Source: Candidatus Spongiisociaceae bacterium
Lineage (GTDB): Bacteria; Actinomycetota; Acidimicrobiia; Spongiisociales; Spongiisociaceae
DNA: 64,000 nucleotides
Reading direction: 5' to 3'
NCBI GenBank assembly: GCA_965262915.1
Contig: OZ253564.1
Location: forward strand, 4,480,001-4,544,000
Shown: positions 51,442 to 61,489 of the stretch, piece by piece
How positions within the stretch are numbered: the stretch's first letter is position 1
Layout: each line of letters opens with the position of its first letter
Made by a program: the position numbers and the translations under genes
Notes under the pieces: model-generated
Told to the model about the DNA's origin: nothing
Database searches by the model: none
The model's input: only the letters and a program-made list of their open reading frames with translations

Positions 51442-51747
51442 ATGAAACTGGTTTCGGCGAAGATTCAACGACACCGGCTCAATCAGGTTCATGCATCCTT
51501 GGTTGACCTCGGGATCACCAATCACATGGTCAGCACTGTCAAAGGGTTCAGCGAAGAGGGAGCCCACGCGGAGATCCACCGGGGCACTGCGTACGAAGTC
51601 GATTTCATGCCGATGGTGAAAATCGAGATGGTGATAGGCGATCACAATGTGGAGGCTGCGCTGGGAGCTATTCGAGGGACGGACCCGGAGAGCGACCTTT
51701 CCCCGTACGACGTCTGGGTAGCCGACGTGGCGAGCGGAGCCAAGTAG
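51442..51747 (+). CDS. Divergent P-II family (GlnK-like) protein
   Basis: MKLVSAKI, VKGF, RGTAYEVDFMPMVKIEMV; directly after amt; B-loop and C-loop motifs missing. Confidence 0.8.
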   Translation: MKLVSAKIQRHRLNQVHASLVDLGITNHMVSTVKGFSEEGAHAEIHRGTAYEVDFMPMVKIEMVIGDHNVEAALGAIRGTDPESDLSPYDVWVADVASGAK

Positions 51748-51927
51748 ACGCCTCGGTTCGGATTCCGGGTCGTCGAGACCTCGCGGCCTCCTCCCTCGCC
51801 GGACACGGTCGATGAGGTCTCTTGTGATCTGCGTTACGGTCAGCCCGGCCTCGACAGATCTCCCGACGGAGTAACCGCGTTCGAGAGCTACTGGAGCCGG
51901 TTCCTCCGGTCGTTCGGAACCAAACCT

Positions 51928-52180
51928 TTAGGAGAATGCCGAAAAACGGTAAGAGGGGTGCGCGGATAGGTGCTCACCTGGGGAAACACCGAGTACGACC
52001 GTTGATGAGTACACAGCGACGACCAAGGGTTCTTCGATCTGGAGCCGGGTAGGTCTGTCGACAGGGGCGGTTACGGTCCGCCTATCCGCACACCCTCTAA
52101 TTGGTTGGCCCGTCATCCGCTGACGTGGCATTTTGTCATCGACCGTCGGACCAACGGGGGGCTTCTCAGCAGTCTCCCAG
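51928..52180. mobile_element. Family A element interrupted by a nested 145-bp element
   Basis: Outer ends gagaatgccgaaaaac / gcttctcagcagtctc. Inner 51953-52097 has TIRs gaggggtgcgcggatagg / cctatccgcacaccctc and a TAA duplication. Confidence 0.85.
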
Positions 52181-52190
52181 CTTGTCGCTA

Positions 52191-52451
52191 TCAGTGCTCC
52201 ATAGCCCCTAGGACACCGATAAACCCGCCCCCGAACACACCGAGGAGGACGCCCGGAAGGAGTCCGGTGGCGATCGAGGTTCCCACGCTCTGGTCGGTGA
52301 TGAGCCAGACCGCGGCGCTGATCAGGACGACCATGATGGGCAGGCCCACGAGGGCCCCCTTCACCACGGCTTTGCCGAAAGCGAGGTCGATGTTGTCACC
52401 GTCATGATCCTCGCCGTGGTCTTGAGCGTGACCTTGTTCGTGATCGGACAT
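52191..52451 (-). CDS. Small membrane protein with His/Asp-rich N-terminus
   Basis: MSDHEQGHAQDHGEDHDGD followed by two hydrophobic helices. Confidence 0.65.
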   Translation of the reverse strand: MSDHEQGHAQDHGEDHDGDNIDLAFGKAVVKGALVGLPIMVVLISAAVWLITDQSVGTSIATGLLPGVLLGVFGGGFIGVLGAMEH

Positions 52452-52574
52452 CCGAGCCTTTCGGTGCCGGCGCCTCAGGACACCGGCTTCGAAGTTGTGC
52501 ACGAGGGTGCCATGACCGGCCGCCCGAGGCAACTCGGCGGGCGGCGGGCGGTGACACCGGGGAGGGGGGCGGTG

Positions 52575-53282
52575 CTAGGGCTCGCCGCTCGCCGGTTTAT
52601 CCCTCGAGAACGGACCGGGAGACTCCACTGCGAGGGCGAGACGGCGCAGGTACCGGTCCCGGGGGATCTCCACCGCACCGAGCGACATGAGGTGGGGGGT
52701 GGCCCATTGCACATCGAAAACCGCCTCCCTGTAGGGCCGCAATAGGTCGACCATGCGTGCTACCGCCACCTTGGAAGCATCCCTGGCCCGGTGGAACTTC
52801 GACTCTCCTGCGAAGAAGGCACCGATAGCGACCCCGTACATGCCCCCGACCAGATCCCCCTCGTACCAGACCTCGACCGAGTGCGCCCAACCCAACTCGT
52901 GGAGGCGGGTGTAGGAATCGGCTATCGCCGGTGTGATCCAACCGTGAGGACGGGCCGGGTCGGCGCAACCCCGTACCACCTCCCGGAAGGATCGATCGAT
53001 GGTCGTCTCGTATCGCCCGATCGAGCGGCGAAGGGACCGCGACGGCTGGAAGTGTTCGGGTGGGAGAACGCCCCGGGGGTCGGGAGACCACCAGAGCATG
53101 GACCGTTGCCCCGGTACGGGCATCGGGAAGATGCCGGTCCGGTAGGCGGCCAGGAGGGTCCGCGGCTCGAGATCGCCTCCTATGGCCACCACCCCGGCGG
53201 CCGACGGGATCAACGGAGCCGGGTACTGCGATTCGCCCGCCGGGTCGATCCCCGGCCCCGTCGTCTCAGAGGAGCGCGGCAA
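52575..53282 (-). CDS. aat: Leucyl/phenylalanyl-tRNA-protein transferase; start uncertain
   Basis: GGDL, AYRTGIFPM, WWSPDPR, AHSVEVW, FAGESKF, DASKVA. Confidence 0.92.
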   Translation of the reverse strand: MPRSSETTGPGIDPAGESQYPAPLIPSAAGVVAIGGDLEPRTLLAAYRTGIFPMPVPGQRSMLWWSPDPRGVLPPEHFQPSRSLRRSIGRYETTIDRSFREVVRGCADPARPHGWITPAIADSYTRLHELGWAHSVEVWYEGDLVGGMYGVAIGAFFAGESKFHRARDASKVAVARMVDLLRPYREAVFDVQWATPHLMSLGAVEIPRDRYLRRLALAVESPGPFSRDKPASGEP

Positions 53283-54741
53283 GGTGCTCGATGCCTGGAC
53301 GGATCGCCTCCAATTCGATGGCGGCGAAACCCAACTGCAGGTAGTTGGCAGGTCGGGGCTCGGTGAGAAAGCATAGATCACCTCGCTCTATCACCACTCC
53401 CCGAGAGCGCGCCCGCGTGGCCAGGACCGCCGCGTCCAGAGCCTCCGGACCTCGAACCCAGAGGCTCATGCCCCCGTCCGTCGCCGGTACCTCCCACGGA
53501 AACTGCTCGGTGACAGCCTCGGTGATGACCTGCCACTTGGCCTTGAGCACCCGGCGGTGCCGCCGGATGGCCTTCCCGTAGTCGCCCGCCTCCATCATCA
53601 GGGCCGCGGTGCGCTGGATGATCCCCGGGGGATGCCTCAGCATGTCGTGGCGCAACCGGCGTAGGTAGCCGACCAGGCGCGGGTCGGCCACGATGAACCC
53701 GAGCCGCAGTCCGGGGGCGAGAAACTTGGAGAAACTCCCCACGTACACGACCCGCCCGGTGGTGTCGAGGGCCTTCAACGCGGGAGGCGGCTGGCGGGAG
53801 TAGCAGTACTCCGAGTCGTAGTCGTCCTCCACGATCACCACACCGTCGCGGGCTGCCCTCGACAGTATCCGTCTGCGCCGACCGATCGCCATGGTCACGT
53901 TGGTCGGGAACTGCCGGCCGGGCGTGACGAAGACGAGGTCGAGACCGGACATCCGGGCCGGAACCCTCACCCCTTGATCATCCACCGGCAGGGCCACCAA
54001 CTCGGCGCCCTGCCGGGCGAAGATGTCCCTGGCGTCCGGATACCCCGGTTCTTCCACCCCGACCCGTGCTCCATCGTCCAGCAACGCCTCGGCCACGAGA
54101 TGGATACCGTGCTGGGAACCCAAGGTGACCAGGATCTCCGTTCTGTCGGCGTCGATCCCCCTCGCCGGGAGGATGGTGCGCCGGATCTGTTCCACGAGGA
54201 GGGGATCATCCCGATCGACCAGGTTGTGGAGGCTGGGACCGCGGTGCTCCTTTCGCAGTGCTGTTCGCATGGCACGGGTCCAGGCGCCGGTCGGAAAGCT
54301 CTCGGGACCCGGCCCGACCACGAAGGGATACGGGTAGTCCCTCCAGTCGGCCGGCTTGGGCGTCTCGTCCGCCCCGGGCGGCGAACCATCCAGCAGGCTG
54401 TCCCAGTCGACCGGTGGAGGAGAAGGCGCCCGCTCCCGGTCGCGCGCCCCACCCGCGGGACGCCCCAGATCACGGTTTATGACGTAACCCACCCGTTCGA
54501 TGGCCTCGACGAACCCCTCCGCCACCAGTTCCCGGTAGGCGCGGTTGACGGTGTTGCGGGACAGACCCAACTCGTCGGCGAGCGCCCTGGAAGACGGGAG
54601 CATCTCGCCCCCACCCAACTCCCCCGCCTCTATGGCGATGATGAGGGCATCTCGAAGTCGGCGGTAGCGCGGCCCCCCGTTCACGCCGCTGACGGCGTCG
54701 CCGAGATGGGCCGGCCCCGTAGACCGCTGCCTGGAAGTCAC
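53266..54741 (-). CDS. MocR/GabR family PLP-dependent transcriptional regulator; start uncertain
   Basis: GntR HTH (LPSSRALA..LSRNTV..Y..L.AEG), EDDYDSE, GSFSKFLAPGLRLG. Confidence 0.9.
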   Translation of the reverse strand: MTSRQRSTGPAHLGDAVSGVNGGPRYRRLRDALIIAIEAGELGGGEMLPSSRALADELGLSRNTVNRAYRELVAEGFVEAIERVGYVINRDLGRPAGGARDRERAPSPPPVDWDSLLDGSPPGADETPKPADWRDYPYPFVVGPGPESFPTGAWTRAMRTALRKEHRGPSLHNLVDRDDPLLVEQIRRTILPARGIDADRTEILVTLGSQHGIHLVAEALLDDGARVGVEEPGYPDARDIFARQGAELVALPVDDQGVRVPARMSGLDLVFVTPGRQFPTNVTMAIGRRRRILSRAARDGVVIVEDDYDSEYCYSRQPPPALKALDTTGRVVYVGSFSKFLAPGLRLGFIVADPRLVGYLRRLRHDMLRHPPGIIQRTAALMMEAGDYGKAIRRHRRVLKAKWQVITEAVTEQFPWEVPATDGGMSLWVRGPEALDAAVLATRARSRGVVIERGDLCFLTEPRPANYLQLGFAAIELEAIRPGIEHLAALL

Positions 54742-54841
54742 TGGTGGTCCGTCACCAGAATGATTCGCCGTACCCTGCTTGCCATCGACGCCCCTCGCTG
54801 CCGACGCATGCCACACCGCCATTTGGCAGGCAGACCGCTGG
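54741..54841. mobile_element. Family B miniature inverted-repeat element in a divergent promoter region
   Basis: ctggtggtccgtc ... ggcagaccgctgg with the shared core. Confidence 0.78.
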
Positions 54842-54904
54842 TACTGCAACCGGGATCGCTTTTTCACTTTACCCGAGTCCGGCGGGCGAGTACATTGCCG
54901 CGAC

Positions 54905-56233
54905 ATGACGACTAAACCCGACCTCAACCATCTTCTATTGCACTTCACCGGCGCCCGGACCTGGCGCGAGGGATCGATCCCTCTCTTTTCGAGGGGTGAA
55001 GGCTGCTATCTCTGGGACGAGAACGGGAAACGCTACCTGGATGCCCTGGCCGGGCTGTTCGTGGTGCAGATCGGCCACGGGCGGGCGGATATCGCCAAGG
55101 CGATGGGCGATCAGGCCGAGAGGTTGGCGTACATCCCGTCCTGGTCGGCCACCAACCCCACAACCGTCGAAGCAGCCACGCTGATCGCCGATCTGGCGCC
55201 TGCCGATCTCGACGCCGTGTTCTTCGTGAGTTCCGGTTCCGAGGCGGTCGAGTCGGCGATCAAGTTCGCCCGCCAGTACCACACCGCCCGGGGCAATCCG
55301 GGCCGCACCAAGGTCATCTCCAGGATCGACGCCTACCACGGGACCACGATGGGCGCCCTGTCGGCGACCGCCCTGGAGGGAATCCGCGCACCGTTCCTGC
55401 CCCTGCTCCCCGGCTTCAGCAACGTACCCAACACCCTCGGGTACACCGACGGTGTGGCGTGCGCCCGAGTCGTGGAGGAGGAGATCCTGCGCCAGGGACC
55501 CGAGCAGGTGGGGATGGTCATCGCCGAGCCGGTCCAGAACGGAGGCGGCGCCCTGGTCCCGCCCGACGGCTACTGGCCGGAACTGCGCCGCATCTGCGAT
55601 CGCTACGGGGTACTTCTCGTCGCCGACGAGGTGATAACCGGGTTCGGGCGCCTCGGTCGATGGTTCGGGTCGGACCTGATGGGCGTCGCCCCCGACCTGA
55701 TCACCTTCGCGAAGGGCGCCACCTCGGGCTACGCACCCATAGGAGGTCTCCTGGTCCGCCGGCCGCTGGTCGACCGGGTACTCGACTCCCCGGCCAGCAG
55801 CTTCCTGCACGGGACGACCTGGGGAGGGCATCCCGTGGTTATGGCTGCCGCTCTGGCCAATCTCTCGGCGATGGCCGACGAGAAGGTGGTCGAGAACGTC
55901 GCTCGCAACGAAGCCCATCTCCGGACACGCCTCCACGACCTCATGGCGGCCCACGATGTCGTGACGGAGTTGCGGGGCACCGGCTACCTCTTCGCGCTGA
56001 TGCTCGGACACAGTCGCGCGGCCGGACGGGAGTACTCCGACGAGGAAGCCGCCCGCATAGTCAGGGACGTCCTACCGCCGCTGGCGCTGGATGCAGAGCT
56101 GCACCTGCGCGTGGACGACCGGGGGGGCGCCAAGATCATGATCTCTCCCCCGCTCGTCGCCACTGTCGAAGAACTCGATGATATGGCGCAGCGCATATCG
56201 AGAGTCCTGGATAGGCTTCCCGGGGCAATGTGA
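54905..56233 (+). CDS. Class III (omega-amino acid) aminotransferase
   Basis: YLDALAGL, SGSEAVE, YHG, EPVQ, DEVITGFGR, FAKG. Confidence 0.92.
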   Translation: MTTKPDLNHLLLHFTGARTWREGSIPLFSRGEGCYLWDENGKRYLDALAGLFVVQIGHGRADIAKAMGDQAERLAYIPSWSATNPTTVEAATLIADLAPADLDAVFFVSSGSEAVESAIKFARQYHTARGNPGRTKVISRIDAYHGTTMGALSATALEGIRAPFLPLLPGFSNVPNTLGYTDGVACARVVEEEILRQGPEQVGMVIAEPVQNGGGALVPPDGYWPELRRICDRYGVLLVADEVITGFGRLGRWFGSDLMGVAPDLITFAKGATSGYAPIGGLLVRRPLVDRVLDSPASSFLHGTTWGGHPVVMAAALANLSAMADEKVVENVARNEAHLRTRLHDLMAAHDVVTELRGTGYLFALMLGHSRAAGREYSDEEAARIVRDVLPPLALDAELHLRVDDRGGAKIMISPPLVATVEELDDMAQRISRVLDRLPGAM

Positions 56234-56262
56234 TCACAACGACAGGACGGTGAGGTGGTCAT

Positions 56263-57348
56263 ATGAACATCGGCGTCGTCACCGAGACTAAGGCCGATGA
56301 AGGCCGCGTGGCCATAACCCCTTCCGGGGTCCAGGCACTGACGGACGGCGGCCACACGGTCCTGGTCGAGATAGCGGCCGGCCGGGGCTCCTACATCACC
56401 GACGACGAGTATGCCGAGGCGGGCGCCACGATGATCGGCGCCGCCCACCGCATCTGGGCGGATGCCGACATGGTGGTAAAGGTCAAAGAACCCCAGAGCG
56501 AGGAGCTTCCCTACCTGTCCGAAGACCAGATCCTGTGCACGTTCCTGCACCTGGCCGCCTACCCGGCGGTCGCCGAAGCCCTCTGCCGGGCCGGAACCAC
56601 ATCGGTGGCCTACGAGACCGTACGCCGCCCCGACGGCGCCCTTCCGCTGCTCGCGCCCATGTCCGAGGTGGCGGGCCGCATGTCGGTCCAGGTGGGCGCC
56701 CGGTTCCTGGAGAAGTCCGGGGGTGGACGAGGCGTTCTCCTCGGTGGAGTGCCCGGGGTGGAACCCGCCAAGGTGGTGATCATCGGTGGCGGTGTGGCCG
56801 GTTCCAACGCCGTGCAGATGGCGGTCGGGATGGGCGCCGATGTCACGGTGTTCGACCTCGATCCGGCCAAGCTGCGCGAGCTCGACCAGATGTATCGGGG
56901 CGCGGTGACCACCCTGATGGCCAACCGGGCGGATGTCCGGCGGGCAGTGTTGGAAGCTGACCTGGTGATCGGAGCGGTCCTGCTACCCGGGGCCAAAGCT
57001 CCCCGCGTCCTGACTGCCGACGACATCGAGGGCATGAAGCCCGGCTCGGTGGTGGTCGATATCGCCATCGACCAGGGAGGGTGCTTCGAGACCTCCCACG
57101 AGACCCACCATTCGGACCCCACCTACGTGATCGACGATGTGGTCCACTACGCGGTGGGCAACATCCCGGGAGCGGTCCCCCGGACATCGACCTTCGCCCT
57201 GGCCAACGCCACCCTTCCCTACCTACGCCTCGTCGCCGACCTGGGGATCGACGGAGCCATCGAACGCCGACCCGAACTGGCCCAGGGACTGAACACCCGC
57301 AACGGTGAGATAACCAACGAGGCGGTCCGCTCCGCCTTGGTTGTCTGA
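56263..57348 (+). CDS. ald: Alanine dehydrogenase
   Basis: [40 protein letters not shown]. Confidence 0.95.
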   Translation: MNIGVVTETKADEGRVAITPSGVQALTDGGHTVLVEIAAGRGSYITDDEYAEAGATMIGAAHRIWADADMVVKVKEPQSEELPYLSEDQILCTFLHLAAYPAVAEALCRAGTTSVAYETVRRPDGALPLLAPMSEVAGRMSVQVGARFLEKSGGGRGVLLGGVPGVEPAKVVIIGGGVAGSNAVQMAVGMGADVTVFDLDPAKLRELDQMYRGAVTTLMANRADVRRAVLEADLVIGAVLLPGAKAPRVLTADDIEGMKPGSVVVDIAIDQGGCFETSHETHHSDPTYVIDDVVHYAVGNIPGAVPRTSTFALANATLPYLRLVADLGIDGAIERRPELAQGLNTRNGEITNEAVRSALVV

Positions 57349-57368
57349 CGGGCAATGGCAGGGTCCCG

Positions 57369-59855
57369 ATGACGGCTCGCTCGGCGGCGCTTCCGGTGGA
57401 GGTGCCCGGGGCCCTCCACACAGGCGGCTCGCTCCCCGCTCGAGCCCAGGTGGTGGTCGTCGGAGGCGGGATCATCGGTTGCTCGATCGCCTATCACCTG
57501 GCCCGGCGCGGCATCACAGATGTCCTGTTGCTCGAGCAGAACACCCTCACGGGCGGAACCACCTGGCACGCGGCCGGCCTGGTGAGCCAGCTCAAGTCCA
57601 GCCACAGCCTCACCAGGCTGGCCACCTACACCACCCGCCTGTTCGAGGAACTCGAGGACGAGACCGGCCAGGCCACCGGTTACCGCACCACCGGATCGAT
57701 CTCGGTGGCCTCCGACATGGAACGATGGGAGGAGATCCTGCGCGGCATGTCCATGGCCAGGACGGCCGGAGTGGACATGGAGGTGATAGATCCGGAGCAG
57801 GCCAGGGAGATGTGGCCCTTGCTCCGTATCGACGATCTGGTGGGCACGGTGTTCATCCCCGAGGACGGCCAGACCAGCCCGGTCGATACCACGATGGCGC
57901 TCGCCAAGGGGGCCAGGGACCGGGGCGTGACGATCCGGGAGGGGATCGCCGTGGAAAGGGTCCGGGTGGAGGACCGGGCTGCCGTCGGGGTGGAGACCGA
58001 ACGAGGCTACGTGGAGGCGGAGACGGTGGTGCTCGCCTGCGGGATCTGGACCCGGCAGCTGGCGGCCGCCGCCGGAGTGAACGTCCCGCTCCATCCGTGC
58101 GAGCACTTCTATGTCGTGACCGAACCGCTGGAGGGGATGCTGCCGGGGATGCCCACCCTGCGGGATCCCACCAACTACACCTATTTCAAGGAGGAGACCG
58201 GCAAGCTGATGGCCGGTTTCTTCGAGCCGAGGGCCAAGACGTGGCGGTACGAGGTACCCCGTGACTTCTCGTTCGGCACCCTCGCCGAGGACTGGGATCA
58301 CATCGGCCCGATCTTCGAGCGATCCATCCACAGGATCCCCGCCCTGGCCGAGACCGGCATCCAGCTCTTTCTCAACGGACCGGAGGCCTTCACTCCGGAC
58401 GGGGTCTACTACCTGGGTGAATCTCCCGAGGTGGACGACCTGTTCGTGGCCGCCGGCTTCAACTCTGTGGGTATCCAGTCCGCCGGCGGGGCCGGTTGGG
58501 TCCTGGCAGACTGGATCGCCGACCACCGGCCCCCCATGGACCTGTCGGCGGTGGATCTCCGACGGTCATTCCCCTTCCAAGGGGAGAAGTCCTACCTGGA
58601 GGAGCGGATCTCCGAGAGCCTCGGACTTCTCTACGCCATGCACTGGCCCTTCCGGCAGTTCGAGTCTGCCAGGGACGTATACCGCTCCGTGCTGCACGAG
58701 CGTCTGGCGGAACGGGGAGCCGTGTTCGGCGAGGTGGCCGGATGGGAACGGCCCAACTGGTTCGCCACCGAGGGGATGGAGCGGGAGTACCGGTACTCCT
58801 ACGGCAAGCAGAACTGGTATCCAGCCTCGTCCGAAGAATGCGAAGCCACCCGTCGGCGCGTAGCTCTGTACGACCAGTCCTCGTTTGCCAAGTTCCAGCT
58901 GCGCGGACCCGATGCCCTGGCGGTCCTGAACCACATCGGGACCGCCGATGTGGACACGCCCGTGGGCAAGGTCTCCTACACGCAATGGCTCAACGGTCAG
59001 GGTGGCATCGAGGCCGATCTGACCGTCACCCGCACGGGACCCCAGGAGTTCATGGTGGTGACCGGGGCTGCTGTGGCCAACCGTGACTACCACACGCTGC
59101 GGAGAGCCCTACGAGGTCATGATGCCGAACTGGCCGACGTCACGATGGAACTCCCGACCATCGGGGTGATGGGCCCGCGATCCCGAGCTCTCCTGGGCGC
59201 CCTCACCGACACCCCGCTCGACAACACATCGTTCCCCTTCGGATGGTCACAGGAGATGACAGTGGCGGGTATCGGTGTGCGCGCCCTGCGGGTCAGCTAC
59301 GTCGGCGAGTTGGGTTGGGAACTGTACGTCTCCAGGGACTCGACTGTCGACCTGTTCGATGCGGTGATGGAAGAGGGGGAGGCCTACGGGATCCATCCGG
59401 CCGGCTACCACGCCATGAACACGCTCCGTCTCGAAGCCGGGTACCGGCACTGGGGACACGACATCACCGACGAGGACACCCCCATCGAAGCGGGTCTCGG
59501 CTTCACGATCGCCTGGGACAAGGAAGGCGGCTTCCTCGGCCGTGAGGCTCTCCTGGCCCAGAGGGCGGCGCCTGTGCTGCCCAAGCGCCTGGTCCAGTTC
59601 ATGCTGGAGGATCCGGACCGGATCGTCTACCACGACGAGCCGATCTACCGGGACGGGGCCCTGGTGGGCCGCACCACGTCCGGCATGTACGGTCACACCT
59701 TCGGCACCTGCCTTGCCATGGGATACCTTCTCCACGAGGGGGGCGTCACCCCCGAGTGGATCGAGTCGGGAACCTTCGACATCGAGGTAGCAGGAGTCCC
59801 GGTGGCCGCCACCGCCCGCCTCCGCCCGTTCTACCGGACCAGGACCCGCACGTAG
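57369..59855 (+). CDS. GcvT-domain FAD-dependent oxidoreductase (dimethylglycine/sarcosine dehydrogenase family)
   Basis: GGGIIG, GTTWHAAG, NGPEAFTPD, GWERP, SYVGELGWE. Confidence 0.92.
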   Translation: MTARSAALPVEVPGALHTGGSLPARAQVVVVGGGIIGCSIAYHLARRGITDVLLLEQNTLTGGTTWHAAGLVSQLKSSHSLTRLATYTTRLFEELEDETGQATGYRTTGSISVASDMERWEEILRGMSMARTAGVDMEVIDPEQAREMWPLLRIDDLVGTVFIPEDGQTSPVDTTMALAKGARDRGVTIREGIAVERVRVEDRAAVGVETERGYVEAETVVLACGIWTRQLAAAAGVNVPLHPCEHFYVVTEPLEGMLPGMPTLRDPTNYTYFKEETGKLMAGFFEPRAKTWRYEVPRDFSFGTLAEDWDHIGPIFERSIHRIPALAETGIQLFLNGPEAFTPDGVYYLGESPEVDDLFVAAGFNSVGIQSAGGAGWVLADWIADHRPPMDLSAVDLRRSFPFQGEKSYLEERISESLGLLYAMHWPFRQFESARDVYRSVLHERLAERGAVFGEVAGWERPNWFATEGMEREYRYSYGKQNWYPASSEECEATRRRVALYDQSSFAKFQLRGPDALAVLNHIGTADVDTPVGKVSYTQWLNGQGGIEADLTVTRTGPQEFMVVTGAAVANRDYHTLRRALRGHDAELADVTMELPTIGVMGPRSRALLGALTDTPLDNTSFPFGWSQEMTVAGIGVRALRVSYVGELGWELYVSRDSTVDLFDAVMEEGEAYGIHPAGYHAMNTLRLEAGYRHWGHDITDEDTPIEAGLGFTIAWDKEGGFLGREALLAQRAAPVLPKRLVQFMLEDPDRIVYHDEPIYRDGALVGRTTSGMYGHTFGTCLAMGYLLHEGGVTPEWIESGTFDIEVAGVPVAATARLRPFYRTRTRT

Positions 59856-59956
59856 GAGGGTGCTCAAGTAACGGGTAGACGGTCGGGCCATCGTCCGCCG
59901 ACGTGGCACTTGTCGTCGACCGTCGGGCCAACAGGGCGTATTGACCACCCTTCCAG
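59852..59956. mobile_element. Family A miniature inverted-repeat element at the GcvT-like gene stop
   Basis: gagggtgctcaagta ... tattgaccaccctt, flanked by GTAG/CCAG; core cgccgacgtggcacttgtcgtcgaccgtcgg. Confidence 0.82.
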
Positions 59957-60072
59957 ACAGAGGAGAGGAGATCGCCGCACCCTTCCGCGGCAATCGGGGG
60001 CTCGAAATGCCACCAGCTACTCCGACGAGGATGGCATCCTTGCAATGAGGAGGGTCACATCCTTGTAATAAT

Positions 60073-61416
60073 GTGCCGATGATCTGCACCTTCTGCGAGA
60101 CGCGCGAGGAAGACGCCCGAGCCCTGGTCGTCAGTTCGCCGACAGCCGCCATCTGCGACAGGTGCGTCGAGCTCGCCTCGGAGATGGTCAAGGAGAGATT
60201 GACCCCCATCGGTGACATGGTGCTCGACAACATCGGGCAACTGGCCACCAACAACCCTCGCTTCCCGGGGATCCTGGGGGTCGTGGACGATGCGGTGGTG
60301 GCTATCCGGCGGGGAAGGATCATCTGGGCCGGCCCGGCCGAACGCCTACCCCAGGGCCTCGACCCCCTTCCCCGCCTCGATTGCGGAGGGCGGACGGTCA
60401 TACCGGGCCTGGTCGATGCCCACACCCATATGCTGTTCGGCGGAGACCGCAGCGACGAGTTCGCCTTGCGGGCCGCCGGGATACCGGAGGTCGAAGCGTC
60501 CGTCCGGGGCGGCGGTCCCGCCGGGACTGCCCGGACCACCCGGATGATGGAACCCGACGACTTCGCCGACGCGGTCAGCCGGCGCCTGAGCCGGATGCTG
60601 GAGTCCGGAACCACCACCGCCGAGGCCGCCGCCGGCTACAGCACCAGCCACCGGGACGAGCTCGAACTCCTCGAGATCGCCGGGCTGGTCAACGAGATCC
60701 ACGCTCTGGACCTGGTGGCCACGTTCGACATAGCCCGGCTCCCGCTCATTCCCCCGGACCGAGAGGACTATCTGCACAACCTGGTCGACAAGGTGCTTCC
60801 CGAGGTTGCCGACCTCGGCTACGCCATCCGCATCGCCTACGGGAGGGAATCCCTGACGGTCGACGAAGCCCACCTGCTGCTGTCGACCGCCGCCGGACTC
60901 GGAACGCGGACCCGCCTTCACTGCGAGGACACGACGTCGGGCGAAGCGTACCGCCTGGCATTGGATGCCGGAGCGACCGTCATCGACCACTGCGGCAACG
61001 TGGATCGCACGAGAGCCAAGGAGATGGGCAACCGGGGCACGGCGGTGGTCATCACCCCCGTCACCAGCCTGGCGGGCCGGGGCTACATACCTCCGCTCCG
61101 CGAACTGGTCGCCTCCGGCGTACCGGTTGCGCTGGGAACCGATTGCCGCCCGGTCCCCGTGCTGGTGGAGTCTCTGCCGCTGGCCATCTCGTTGGCGGTC
61201 ATGGAGATGGGGTTCACTCCGGACCAGGCACTGTGGTCGGCGACTCGGGGGGGCGCCATCGCCCTCGGATTGCAGGATCGGGGTTGGATCGCCCATGGGG
61301 CAACGGCCGACCTGCTCATTCTGGATGCACCGAGCCCCACCTACCTCAGCTACCGGCCCGGGGCCGATCTGGTCTGGAAAGTACTCAAGAACGGAATAGT
61401 GGTGGTCAACCGCTGA
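60073..61416 (+). CDS. HutI-like amidohydrolase with N-terminal ClpX-type C4 zinc finger
   Basis: CTFC..ICDRCVE N-terminus; PGLVDAHTH..FGGDR..EF, GTTT.E, H, DH, GTD, ADL. Confidence 0.82.
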   Translation: MPMICTFCETREEDARALVVSSPTAAICDRCVELASEMVKERLTPIGDMVLDNIGQLATNNPRFPGILGVVDDAVVAIRRGRIIWAGPAERLPQGLDPLPRLDCGGRTVIPGLVDAHTHMLFGGDRSDEFALRAAGIPEVEASVRGGGPAGTARTTRMMEPDDFADAVSRRLSRMLESGTTTAEAAAGYSTSHRDELELLEIAGLVNEIHALDLVATFDIARLPLIPPDREDYLHNLVDKVLPEVADLGYAIRIAYGRESLTVDEAHLLLSTAAGLGTRTRLHCEDTTSGEAYRLALDAGATVIDHCGNVDRTRAKEMGNRGTAVVITPVTSLAGRGYIPPLRELVASGVPVALGTDCRPVPVLVESLPLAISLAVMEMGFTPDQALWSATRGGAIALGLQDRGWIAHGATADLLILDAPSPTYLSYRPGADLVWKVLKNGIVVVNR

Positions 61417-61489
61417 GAACTCTCCGACCCGGCGGATCCCCCTCCGTCCGGATGGCACGGAGGCGAAACCGCGGTAACCTTGTCCGTCG

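Noticed and set aside
54742-54948. N-terminal extensions of the MocR and aminotransferase ORFs in the track
   Set aside because: They run through a family B repeat and overlap each other divergently. Homology begins downstream in both.
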